This document shows positions 9,091 through 17,686 of a DNA stretch of 64,000 bases, in pieces (within the stretch, counting starts at the first letter, position 1; every line of letters starts with the position of its first letter). Origin of the DNA: an uncultured delta proteobacterium (lineage in GTDB: Bacteria > Desulfobacterota > RBG-13-43-22); assembly GCA_963743305.1 (NCBI GenBank), contig CAVUPH010000021.1, positions 1 to 64,000 on the forward strand. Direction: 5' to 3'. The position numbers and the translations under genes are program-made. The notes under the pieces are model-generated. The model did no database searches and was not told where the DNA came from. It saw only the letters and a program-made list of their open reading frames with translations.

Positions 9091-9861
9091 ATGATAGCCA
9101 TTTCGCTGCAATCGGGCAGTAACGGAAATTGCATCTACGTGGAGGCCGAAGGGGTCAGACTGCTTTTTGACGCCGGCATCAGCGGCATCCAGGCGGAACA
9201 GAGGCTGGCCGCTCTGGGAAAGGACATTCGGAAAGTGGATGCCTTGATTATCTCCCACGACCATGCGGATCATCTTCGCTGCGCCGGCATCTACCAGCGG
9301 AAATACGGGATACCGCTCCACATCACCCCCCGGACCCTGGCTGCCGGGAAAACGCTTCAACTGGGCCGGTTGTCGGAGGTCCGTCCTTTTCAGGCCGGGG
9401 AAGGGATTTCTTTTGGAAGCGTATCCGTTCAGACCATCCCCACCCCTCACGATGGGGCTGACGGCGTGGCTTTTGTGGTGGAAACCCGCCAAAGACGCTT
9501 GGGGATTCTTACCGATCTGGGGCACCTTTTTCAGGGACTGGAAACCGTTATCGCTTCCCTGGACGCGATTATTCTGGAAAGCAATTTTGATCCGGAGATG
9601 TTAGAGCAGGGTCCGTATCCGGAATTTCTAAAACAACGGATTCGCGGACTGGGCGGGCATCTTTCCAACCAAGAGGCGGCCGGGGTGCTGAAAGGATCGG
9701 CTAGCCACCGGATGCAGTGGGTTTGTCTGGCCCATCTTTCGGAACATAACAATCATCCCGAACTGGCCCGTCGGACCCATCAAAGGGTTTTAGGCCAACG
9801 GTTCCCGATTCATGTCGCCGGACGGTACCGGGCTACCGGGGTTTTGAAGGTTCAATCCTAA
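9091..9861 (+). CDS. MBL-fold metallo-hydrolase (YycJ/WalJ-like)
   Basis: SGSNGN, SHDHADH, TPHD, TDLG, GHLSN, AHLSEHNN. Confidence 0.92.
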   Translation: MIAISLQSGSNGNCIYVEAEGVRLLFDAGISGIQAEQRLAALGKDIRKVDALIISHDHADHLRCAGIYQRKYGIPLHITPRTLAAGKTLQLGRLSEVRPFQAGEGISFGSVSVQTIPTPHDGADGVAFVVETRQRRLGILTDLGHLFQGLETVIASLDAIILESNFDPEMLEQGPYPEFLKQRIRGLGGHLSNQEAAGVLKGSASHRMQWVCLAHLSEHNNHPELARRTHQRVLGQRFPIHVAGRYRATGVLKVQS

Positions 9862-9939
9862 GAAATTCCTGCTGTTTTCATTCAAATGGAGAATCCTTAC
9901 AGCGTCTTCCTTTGAAAAAGGAAGGTTGAGGAGGAATTT

Positions 9940-10221
9940 CTATTCGTGGATAGCAAAACGGGGCGGACTGATGGACTCGCTGTGGCAAAGAAAACATTTG
10001 CCGGGGGCGGTCAGACGGCCGCGTTTCTTGAAGATAAAACCACAGCGTCGGCAGGAGGCCGGAAGGACGATTAATTTTCCTTTTACCGCCGCCGACCGGG
10101 CGATATGGGTCAGATGATCGTAGACTTCTTTTTCCCGAATCCCGACGATCTGGGAAATCTCCCTGGCGGATAAATCCTGGCCTTGAAGCAGTGAGATGAT
10201 AGTTTGGCGGATGGTGGACAT
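9940..10221 (-). CDS. HTH + zinc-ribbon transcriptional regulator
   Basis: LSAREISQIVGIREKEVYDHL...CRRCGF...CFLCHSE. Confidence 0.85.
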   Translation of the reverse strand: MSTIRQTIISLLQGQDLSAREISQIVGIREKEVYDHLTHIARSAAVKGKLIVLPASCRRCGFIFKKRGRLTAPGKCFLCHSESISPPRFAIHE

Positions 10222-10299
10222 AACAACCCTAGATTCGTAATCCGAAACAATTATAAATGAAAGCAAAATGAAAAGGCTTGTCAAGCGAATTGTTGGTCT

Positions 10300-11136
10300 A
10301 TGATCGAGCTGGAAAACCTGACCAAAGAATATGGAAGGATTCGGGCGGTTGAGGCTCTTTCGCTGCGCATCGAAACCAATGAAATCTTCGGGCTTCTGGG
10401 ACCGAATGGGGCCGGGAAAAGCACCACCATCAAGATCCTGACCACCCTGGTCAAACCAACGGCGGGCCGCGCCCTCCTGGATGGGATTGACGTGGTCGAG
10501 GATCCCCTGGAAATTAAAAAACGCATCGCCGTGGTTCCCCAGGAAAACAACCTGGACCGGGAGATGTCCGCCTTTGATAACCTGCGCCTTTACGGACTCC
10601 TGCATCATATTCCAGGCCTGGCATCCAAGATCGAGGAGCAACTCCGTTCGGTTGGTCTCTGGGAGCGGCGAAACGATAATATCCTGACCTTTTCCGGGGG
10701 CATGCAGCGGCGCTTGCTGATCGCCCGGGCCATCCTGGGCCGGCCGAAAGTCCTTTTTCTGGATGAGCCCACCATCGGGTTGGACCCCCAGGTGCGCCGG
10801 GAGATCTGGAACATGATCCGGCGGATCAAGGCCCAGGGAGGGACGATTTTACTGACGACTCATTACATCGAAGAGGCCGAGGCCCTGAGTGATCGGGTCG
10901 GCATCCTTTCCCAAGGGAAATTGATCGCCCTGGACACCCCGGCCAACCTGAAAAAGATGGTTGGAGAATTCGTGGTGGAATATGCGGACCGGGACGGCAG
11001 CCGGGTCTATCGGATGTGTGCCAGCCGGGAGGACGCCCAGTGCCATTTGCGGGAAATCGAGACCGAGGTCACCATGCGCAAGTCCAACCTGGAGGACGTC
11101 TTTGTCAAGCTGACCGGGGGGCGAATCGAGCAATGA
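10300..11136 (+). CDS. ABC-2 exporter ATP-binding protein (NodI/DrrA-like)
   Basis: GPNGAGKST, FSGGMQRR, LDEPT. Confidence 0.95.
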   Translation: MIELENLTKEYGRIRAVEALSLRIETNEIFGLLGPNGAGKSTTIKILTTLVKPTAGRALLDGIDVVEDPLEIKKRIAVVPQENNLDREMSAFDNLRLYGLLHHIPGLASKIEEQLRSVGLWERRNDNILTFSGGMQRRLLIARAILGRPKVLFLDEPTIGLDPQVRREIWNMIRRIKAQGGTILLTTHYIEEAEALSDRVGILSQGKLIALDTPANLKKMVGEFVVEYADRDGSRVYRMCASREDAQCHLREIETEVTMRKSNLEDVFVKLTGGRIEQ

Positions 11137-11870
11137 ACTGGTATCCGGTTTTTCTTCGGGAAATGATCCAGTTCAAGAAGAAACTTTTTCGTCTGGGCTA
11201 TATTTTTACTTCCATGATGGTGCCCCTGCTGTATTTGCTGGCCTTCGGGTTGGGTCTGGGACGCAGCGTGCAGGTCCCGGGCGGGACCTACCTGGGCTTC
11301 CTGCTGCCCGGGCTGGTGGCCATGAGTTCCATGAACAATTCCTATAATTGGGTGGCCAGCGGGCTCAACTTGAGCCGGGTTTATTTCAAAACCTTTCAGG
11401 TCCTGATCCAGGCCCCCATCGCCCCCACTTCCATCATGGCCGGCTATGTATTGGCCGGCATGGTCCGGGGGCTGTTTGCTTCGCTGATGATTATCCTGGT
11501 CGGGCTGGTGGCGGGTGCCGGGTTCCACCTTTCCTGGCTTTTTCTTTTCACCCTGCTGCTGAATTGTTTCCTCTTTGCCAACATGGGCGTGCTCATCGGC
11601 ATGTTGACCAAGACCCATGAGGACACCTCCACCTATGCCAATTTTTTCATCCTGCCCATGGTCTTTTTCAGCGGGACTTTTTTCCCCCTGGACCGGATGC
11701 CCAAGCTGCTGCAATACCTTATTCTCTGCCTGCCCCTGACGCACACCAATATCCTGATCCGGAAACCGGTTCTGGATGAACAGGGGGTGACGGCCATTCT
11801 GGTGATGATCGGCTACGCCCTGCTCTTTTTTATCCTGGGTTCCCGAAAAATCAAGAACTACAGCGAGTAA
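11133..11870 (+). CDS. ABC-2 permease
   Basis: ATGA overlap with the ATPase, six TM segments, FSGTFFP. Confidence 0.92.
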   Translation: MNWYPVFLREMIQFKKKLFRLGYIFTSMMVPLLYLLAFGLGLGRSVQVPGGTYLGFLLPGLVAMSSMNNSYNWVASGLNLSRVYFKTFQVLIQAPIAPTSIMAGYVLAGMVRGLFASLMIILVGLVAGAGFHLSWLFLFTLLLNCFLFANMGVLIGMLTKTHEDTSTYANFFILPMVFFSGTFFPLDRMPKLLQYLILCLPLTHTNILIRKPVLDEQGVTAILVMIGYALLFFILGSRKIKNYSE

Positions 11871-11875
11871 AGGGC

Positions 11876-12019
11876 TGATGGTTTCGCAAAAAGTCCAAAA
11901 ACCTGTCATTGCGAGCGAAGCGAAGCAATCCCCACCATGGTAACTAGCTGATTCTTGCGGATTGCTTCGTCGTTTCACTCCTCGCAATGACAGCGCTGGG
12001 GACTTTTTGCGGAGTCATC
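11876..12019. repeat. Palindromic intergenic element, family A
   Basis: Outer TGATGGTTTCGCAAAAAGTCC/GGACTTTTTGCGGAGTCATC; inner GTCATTGCGAG/CTCGCAATGAC. Confidence 0.85.
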
Positions 12020-12094
12020 GAGGGCGGTCGCGGTTTCACTACTAATCTCTCCGGATCGTCACCCAGGACGATATGGAGCTTCAGAGAGGCTGAA

Positions 12095-12589
12095 ATGAAA
12101 TTGGAAGAACGAGAATACCTGCCCCATTCCTCGGGCTGCTTTTTATGCGGTGATGAAAACCATTGCGGGGTCCGAACCCGATTTTTTGTGGAGGGGGACA
12201 CAATCCGGACGAGGTTGAAGCTGCCGCGCCATTTGAACGGCTACCTGAATACGGCGCATGGCGGAGTGCTGGCCGGTCTGCTGGATGAAACCATGGGCTG
12301 GGCGGCCACCGTGTTCGGGGGAAAGCATGTTTTTTATGTAACCGGGGAGTTGACCGTCAAATACCTCGCCCCTGTCCCGGTGGAAGAGGAGATCGAAATT
12401 GTCTGCCGCCTGGTCAAGGATGCGGGGCGGATCGCTTTCAGCGAAGGAGAACTCCTCTATCAGGGCCAGGTCTGCCTGAAGGCCAAAGGCAAGTTCATTC
12501 CCCTGAGCGACGCGGATACCGCCGGGGTTATCCCCTATTTGAAATTCGACCGGTGCCGGAAGTATCGGGATCTGTTCGGCCGAGTATAA
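12095..12589 (+). CDS. PaaI-family thioesterase
   Basis: CFLCG..N, HGGVLAGLLDE. Confidence 0.9.
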   Translation: MKLEEREYLPHSSGCFLCGDENHCGVRTRFFVEGDTIRTRLKLPRHLNGYLNTAHGGVLAGLLDETMGWAATVFGGKHVFYVTGELTVKYLAPVPVEEEIEIVCRLVKDAGRIAFSEGELLYQGQVCLKAKGKFIPLSDADTAGVIPYLKFDRCRKYRDLFGRV

Positions 12590-12621
12590 AGCGAGAAAAG
12601 AACCAAAGGGCAAGAAATGGA

Positions 12622-13029
12622 TCAACCGCCTTGGAGCACCACTGGAAGAAAGACCCTCTCCGTATACTCAATAGACGGGTAACGCACTTCGTTGGAAAAA
12701 CTGCTCTCAAATCCTTTCTGATTATAAGCCGTTAAAGTAAAAAAATAGACCGTTCCATCGACCAAGTTGCTGATCGTATATTGAGTGGACAACCCCAGAT
12801 CTACGACCTGGGTGTAATTTCGGGAGGAAGTACCAAGATAGAGTTTATACCCGCCCAGGTCGGGCTCCGAATTATGATCCCAGGCCAGGGTGATATCGGC
12901 GGCCATGGCCTTTTCGGAGGGAGAGGCAGGGGCCAGGATAACTGAAAAAAACAAAGACGCAATCAATATCAGGGTCAGGTTAAAAGGTTTTGTTTTCCAA
13001 TAGTTAAAATATTTTTTGATATCTGGCAT
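12622..13029 (-). CDS. Secreted single fibronectin type III domain protein
   Basis: Signal/TM segment, LAWD..SEPDLGGYKLY...YFFTLTAYN..ES.FSNEV; C-terminus VFLPVVLQGG. Confidence 0.85.
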   Translation of the reverse strand: MPDIKKYFNYWKTKPFNLTLILIASLFFSVILAPASPSEKAMAADITLAWDHNSEPDLGGYKLYLGTSSRNYTQVVDLGLSTQYTISNLVDGTVYFFTLTAYNQKGFESSFSNEVRYPSIEYTERVFLPVVLQGG

Positions 13030-13080
13030 CAGGGAAAAGTCGAATCCTTATGTAAAAATATGGGTTTTTTATTAAAGTTT

Positions 13081-13096
13081 TGCAAAAAAGATGCCT
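13081..13096 (-). promoter_or_regulatory. Putative sigma54 promoter of the Fn3 gene
   Basis: AGGCATCTTTTTTGCA (GG-N10-GC) about 50 bp upstream of the start. Confidence 0.55.
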
Positions 13097-13316
13097 GTCA
13101 GGGATTGTTAGCAATTTATTCAATATTTTTAATAAGATAAAATAATTCTATTTGAATTGAACTAGTAATTTCTGAAATTTTGTATGGTTATTAGTGCAGT
13201 TCAGCGTCAATTTAAGTTTTAGAGAGGACCGGTCGATAAGAATATCGATCTTCGGGGAAGCAGACTTTTCCCTGCAAGCTATCGAAAATCAAAAAAAAGG
13301 TCGGATCGACAAAAAA

Positions 13317-13646
13317 ATGGGCATGATCCTGCAACTTAACGAACTAAAGGCTGTTGAACCCGGGTTAATTCTGACTGAACCGGTTTTAAATCAGTTCGGA
13401 CAGACCTTGTTGCCCCGGGGGGTTGAACTTCAACCGCGGCACCTGAAGGTATTGAAGACCTGGGGGTGCAAAACCGTGAAGGTCAAAGAGGAGGGAGTCC
13501 CCGAAAAAGAGCCGGAAGTAAGTCCGGAGGTAATGGATCGGGCCTTGGCCCGGGTGAATTGGCGGTTAAAATGGGAACCGACCACACACCTGGAAAAGGA
13601 GATTTTTCAACTGGCCGTAAAAAGGGTCATTCAAAATTTTCTGTGA
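13317..13646 (+). CDS. Hypothetical protein resembling the N-terminal module of HD-GYP proteins
   Basis: PGLILTEPVLNQFGQTLLPRGVEL..LKTWG; adjacent to the HDOD gene; start uncertain. Confidence 0.65.
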   Translation: MGMILQLNELKAVEPGLILTEPVLNQFGQTLLPRGVELQPRHLKVLKTWGCKTVKVKEEGVPEKEPEVSPEVMDRALARVNWRLKWEPTTHLEKEIFQLAVKRVIQNFL

Positions 13647-13648
13647 TT

Positions 13649-14497
13649 ATGAGGGTTATAGAGAGAATAATTGAAAATATCCGGGATCTTCCGACCTTGC
13701 CGACCGTTTATCTGGCGCTTTCTGAAGTCATGGCCGAACCCCGGTCCACAGCCCAGGCTATTTCACAAATAGTCTCTTCCGACCCCGCTTCCGCCTCCCG
13801 GGTTTTGCGGTTGGCCAATTCAGTGCTTTATGGTTTTCCCGGACAGGTTGATACGATTTCTCGGGCAGTGGTGGTCTTGGGTTTTGACGAAGTCCGTAAT
13901 CTGGTACTGGCCACTTCCGTCCTGGATCTTTTTGCCAAGGAGGATTCAGCGTTTGATTTTCGGCCGGTCGATTTTTGGGCTCATTCTGTAGGGGTGGGGA
14001 TTGCCACCCGGTTAATCGGGCAGGCCTGCCGCCTAGCGAATGTGGAAAATTTATTTGTGGCCGGTATCCTTCATGATATTGGGAAACTGGTTTTTTTTGA
14101 ATTCGCTGAAAAGGAATTTTCCCGAGCCCTGGACCAAGCGAATAAATGCCAACAGCCGCTCTGGGAGTCAGAGTTGGAGATCCTGGGGATAGACCATAGT
14201 CAGGGCGGCCGTTTGTTGGTGGAAAACTGGAATTTGTCCCCGGCCATTCAAAAAGCTATCGGCGGTCATCATGTTGGGTTGGTCGGGCAGCCCCCGGATC
14301 CTCTGGTAGCGGCGGTACACATAGCGGATACGCTGATTAGGGCGCTGGAATTGGGGTTTGGCGGCGATGACTTGATTCCCCGACCGAATGAGCAGGCCTG
14401 GGAAGTATTAGGTCTCCCGCCAAATACTCTGACGGAAATGACTCCCCATATCCTGCAGCAGTTTGAAGAAGCTACAACAATTATGGGGCTCCATTAA
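13649..14497 (+). CDS. HDOD domain protein
   Basis: LPTLP, DPA..RVLRLANS, FWAHS, GILHDIGK. Confidence 0.93.
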   Translation: MRVIERIIENIRDLPTLPTVYLALSEVMAEPRSTAQAISQIVSSDPASASRVLRLANSVLYGFPGQVDTISRAVVVLGFDEVRNLVLATSVLDLFAKEDSAFDFRPVDFWAHSVGVGIATRLIGQACRLANVENLFVAGILHDIGKLVFFEFAEKEFSRALDQANKCQQPLWESELEILGIDHSQGGRLLVENWNLSPAIQKAIGGHHVGLVGQPPDPLVAAVHIADTLIRALELGFGGDDLIPRPNEQAWEVLGLPPNTLTEMTPHILQQFEEATTIMGLH

Positions 14498-14520
14498 CCC
14501 AGGGGATTGAGGTTTGGATT

Positions 14521-16647
14521 ATGGCTACGATTGAAAATACCGAGACCGAGGCTAACAAATCCTGGAATCGTTTTCTGGAAGCCTTGATGCGTTTTCCGAG
14601 CAACCGGATGGCGGATGAACCCCTGGCCAAAACCATTGCGGACGGCCTGGAAATTTTTCGCCTTTTTCCTGAAGCGCAAACCGTATCCATCTTCTGGCTG
14701 GACCAGGAGTCTTTTGAATTTCGTTTCGGGGCGTCACGACCTGAAACCAATAAGATCCGGATGGAGGAACGATTTGCCCGCTTGGTGGAGTCCGGGGCGA
14801 TCGCCGGCGCGCTGGAATCGGTCCGGAACGGGGAACCCGGTTCTCATCAGACACTGGAGGAACCGCAGGGGATTTTTCTGATCTTTCCCTTAGTAATCCC
14901 GACCGGAATATTAGGCCTGGTTTTAGTGGAATTGGGCCGTTGGGCGACAGCCATCCCCTCGCAAGAAGCCCGCTTCGCGGAACTGGGGGTCCAACAACTT
15001 GCCAGTATGCTGCATAACAAAATCCTTTCTCAAAAATTGACCAATCAGAAAGGAGTGCTGGATCAAAAGGTCGCCTTGCGCACCTTGGACTTGGAAAAAA
15101 ACCGCAGGGAGCTAACTTCTATCCTGGACTCCATTAACGCCGGGGTAGTGATTGTGGATACCAAAAACTACCGGATATTGGAAGCCAATCAGACGGCCTT
15201 GGAGATTATCGGTCTTTCCAAGGAGGAAGTGGTCGGGTCCTTTTGCAATCAATATATGTGCGTAATGGAAAAGGGGCGGTGCCCGGTTATCGATTTTTCC
15301 CAATCCATTCAAAATGCCGAACAGGTGCTGGTTAAGGGAAACCGAAAGACGGTTCCGATTATCAAGAAAGTATCCCCCATTTATTGGGGGGGACGAAAAT
15401 GCCTGATGGAGAGCTTTATTGACATCACGGAGCTGAAATTCCTGGAAGAGCAATTTCACCAGTCCCTGAAACTGGAAGCCATCGCCCGGATGGCCGGCGG
15501 GGTGGCTCACGATTTCAACAATCTGCTGATGGCCATTATGGGCTATAGTGATCTGATCCTGATGAACCCCCCGGTCGGGGAAACCGGGGTTGTTCGACAG
15601 GTCCGGGAGATAAAAAAAGCAGCCCAAAAGGCGGCGGATCTAACCCAACAACTCCTGGCCTTGAACCGCAAACAGGTATCCGAACCGAAGGTGTTGGACT
15701 TAAACGCCATCATTATTGATTTAGAGAAAATATTGGGGCGCTTGGTGAGGGAAGAAGTCGAGCTGGTAACCGTGCTGGACCCGACCCTGACCAACGTTGC
15801 CGGCGACCGGGGGCAGATGGAGCAGGTTATTGTAAATTTGGCGATCAATGCTCGGGATGCCATGTCCGCGGGCGGAAAGCTGATCATTGAAACGAGCAAT
15901 GTGGCTGTAGGACAGACCAGCCCTCGCCGCTACCCGGTCATGCCTGTAGGTAATTATGCTCTGCTGGCCATCAGCGACAATGGGAAAGGTATGGACGCGG
16001 AGACCAAATCCCATGTTTTTGAGCCCTTTTTCACCACCAAGGAATGGGGAAAGGGAAGCGGGATGGGCCTTTCGACCGTTTATGGAATCGTCAGACAATC
16101 CGGAGGGTATATCTGGGTGTATAGTGAAGTCGGTAAAGGAACGACCTTTAAGATCTATTTTCCCCAAGCGGAAGGATCGGCTCCCTTTGATTCTGCCGGG
16201 GCAGGCTCCGGGAAGGTCCCGCCGGGGTCGGAAACCATCTTATTGGTGGAGGATGAGGAATTGTTGAGGACCCCTATCCGGGAAATCCTGGAGAGGCAGG
16301 GGTATTCGGTCTTAGAAGCCAGCAATGGGGAAGAGGCCTTGGGCGTAGCCAGGCAATATCCCGGCCCGATAAATCTCCTCTTGTCCGATATCGTTATGCC
16401 CGGCATGAATGGTCGGGACCTGGCCGGTCAGCTCTCCCGGATCCGACCGGACCTGAAAGTGTTGTTTATGTCGGGGTATACCCACAACGCCATCGTCCAT
16501 CACGGGGTCTTAGAGGAAGGGCTGGCCTTTTTAGAGAAACCCTTCACCCCGGAAGCCCTGGCGGTTAAAATCAGGCAGGTATTGCGAAGTCTCCCGCCAT
16601 TCATGGGGGACTTGCCCAGTGGTTCTTCCCCCCGGATTTCGAATTAA
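14521..16647 (+). CDS. GAF/PAS hybrid sensor histidine kinase (CckA-like)
   Basis: AGGVAHDFNNLL, NARDAM, FEPFFTTK, C-terminal REC (SDIVMP). Confidence 0.95.
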   Translation: MATIENTETEANKSWNRFLEALMRFPSNRMADEPLAKTIADGLEIFRLFPEAQTVSIFWLDQESFEFRFGASRPETNKIRMEERFARLVESGAIAGALESVRNGEPGSHQTLEEPQGIFLIFPLVIPTGILGLVLVELGRWATAIPSQEARFAELGVQQLASMLHNKILSQKLTNQKGVLDQKVALRTLDLEKNRRELTSILDSINAGVVIVDTKNYRILEANQTALEIIGLSKEEVVGSFCNQYMCVMEKGRCPVIDFSQSIQNAEQVLVKGNRKTVPIIKKVSPIYWGGRKCLMESFIDITELKFLEEQFHQSLKLEAIARMAGGVAHDFNNLLMAIMGYSDLILMNPPVGETGVVRQVREIKKAAQKAADLTQQLLALNRKQVSEPKVLDLNAIIIDLEKILGRLVREEVELVTVLDPTLTNVAGDRGQMEQVIVNLAINARDAMSAGGKLIIETSNVAVGQTSPRRYPVMPVGNYALLAISDNGKGMDAETKSHVFEPFFTTKEWGKGSGMGLSTVYGIVRQSGGYIWVYSEVGKGTTFKIYFPQAEGSAPFDSAGAGSGKVPPGSETILLVEDEELLRTPIREILERQGYSVLEASNGEEALGVARQYPGPINLLLSDIVMPGMNGRDLAGQLSRIRPDLKVLFMSGYTHNAIVHHGVLEEGLAFLEKPFTPEALAVKIRQVLRSLPPFMGDLPSGSSPRISN

Positions 16648-16940
16648 TGTCACTGCGTCCTCGGGCATCTATTTAAAACCAGGCGCTTCGCGGTCTCCTG
16701 CGCCAATTAGTCCGAGGAAAAGGCGCCTCCTCGCCAAAGACTACAAGAAGAGTTCTTTTCTCCCCCCCTTTTAAGAAAGACGCTTCGCCTTTTGGGGTGG
16801 GTACCCCCCTTTTCTGGTAAGGCCGTCGGGTCTCGGCAAAAGGGTTTTTCCGAAGAATATCAAACTTGGTTTGTTGACAGAGAGAGGAGCGCAATGCTAT
16901 ATAAATTATAGACCGGTTGAAAGGGGAACTCTTTGAGCTC

Positions 16941-17636
16941 ATGGAGATAGCAAAAAGCCAGATTCGGATGTTAATCGCCGAGGACGATGAGATCCTGGGG
17001 GCCATGCTTCGGGATTTTTTGCAAAAGCCCGAAAGAGAGCTCCAGCTCCAGAAAAACGGCCGGGAAGCCATTCGGGATTTCAAAAACCAGCCCTATGATG
17101 TGGTCATTGCGGATTTAATGCTGCCGGGGGCCGATGGATTGCAGGTCCTTAAGGAGGTAAAAGCTGTTTATCCGGAATGCGAGGTAATCATTATCACCGG
17201 CTATGCCTCTTTGGATACAGCCATTCAGGCTATTCGCGGCGGGGCCTATGATTACATCCGTAAGCCTTTTAAACTGGAAGAACTGGAAGTGGCGGTGAAA
17301 AATGCCAGTGAGAAGATATCACTTATCCGGGAAAACCGGCACCTGTTACAACGGCTAAAGGAGTCCATGGGGGAAATGGACGGCCTGCAAAAAGCCTGGG
17401 ACGACTTTCTGACCCAGACGGGTCCCCGGGATTCCAATCCGACAGGTCCGTTTTCCGAAGCCGACTTAAATATTACCTTGAAACAGCGTCCCCCGGATTT
17501 TGATCTGAACCGGAAGGAGTTCCAAGGAAAGGCCCTGGATGTTTTGGATCGATTGACAAAACTTCGGAAACAGGACTTGATCGGTGAAGAGGAGTTTATA
17601 TCCTTTAAACAAATTCTTTTGGAAAAAATCAGGTAA
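16941..17636 (+). CDS. Response regulator with a SHOCT-like C-terminus
   Basis: REC (AEDD, DLMLP, KPF); tail LTKLRKQDLIGEEEFISFKQILL; start uncertain. Confidence 0.85.
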   Translation: MEIAKSQIRMLIAEDDEILGAMLRDFLQKPERELQLQKNGREAIRDFKNQPYDVVIADLMLPGADGLQVLKEVKAVYPECEVIIITGYASLDTAIQAIRGGAYDYIRKPFKLEELEVAVKNASEKISLIRENRHLLQRLKESMGEMDGLQKAWDDFLTQTGPRDSNPTGPFSEADLNITLKQRPPDFDLNRKEFQGKALDVLDRLTKLRKQDLIGEEEFISFKQILLEKIR

Positions 17637-17686
17637 AGGCCTGAAGAATTTCAAATTGAGCTGAGGAAACAGAAAGGGTTATCATT

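Noticed and set aside
15430-16560. Similarity to 53650-54780
   Set aside because: Ordinary paralogy between two hybrid kinases, not a recent duplication
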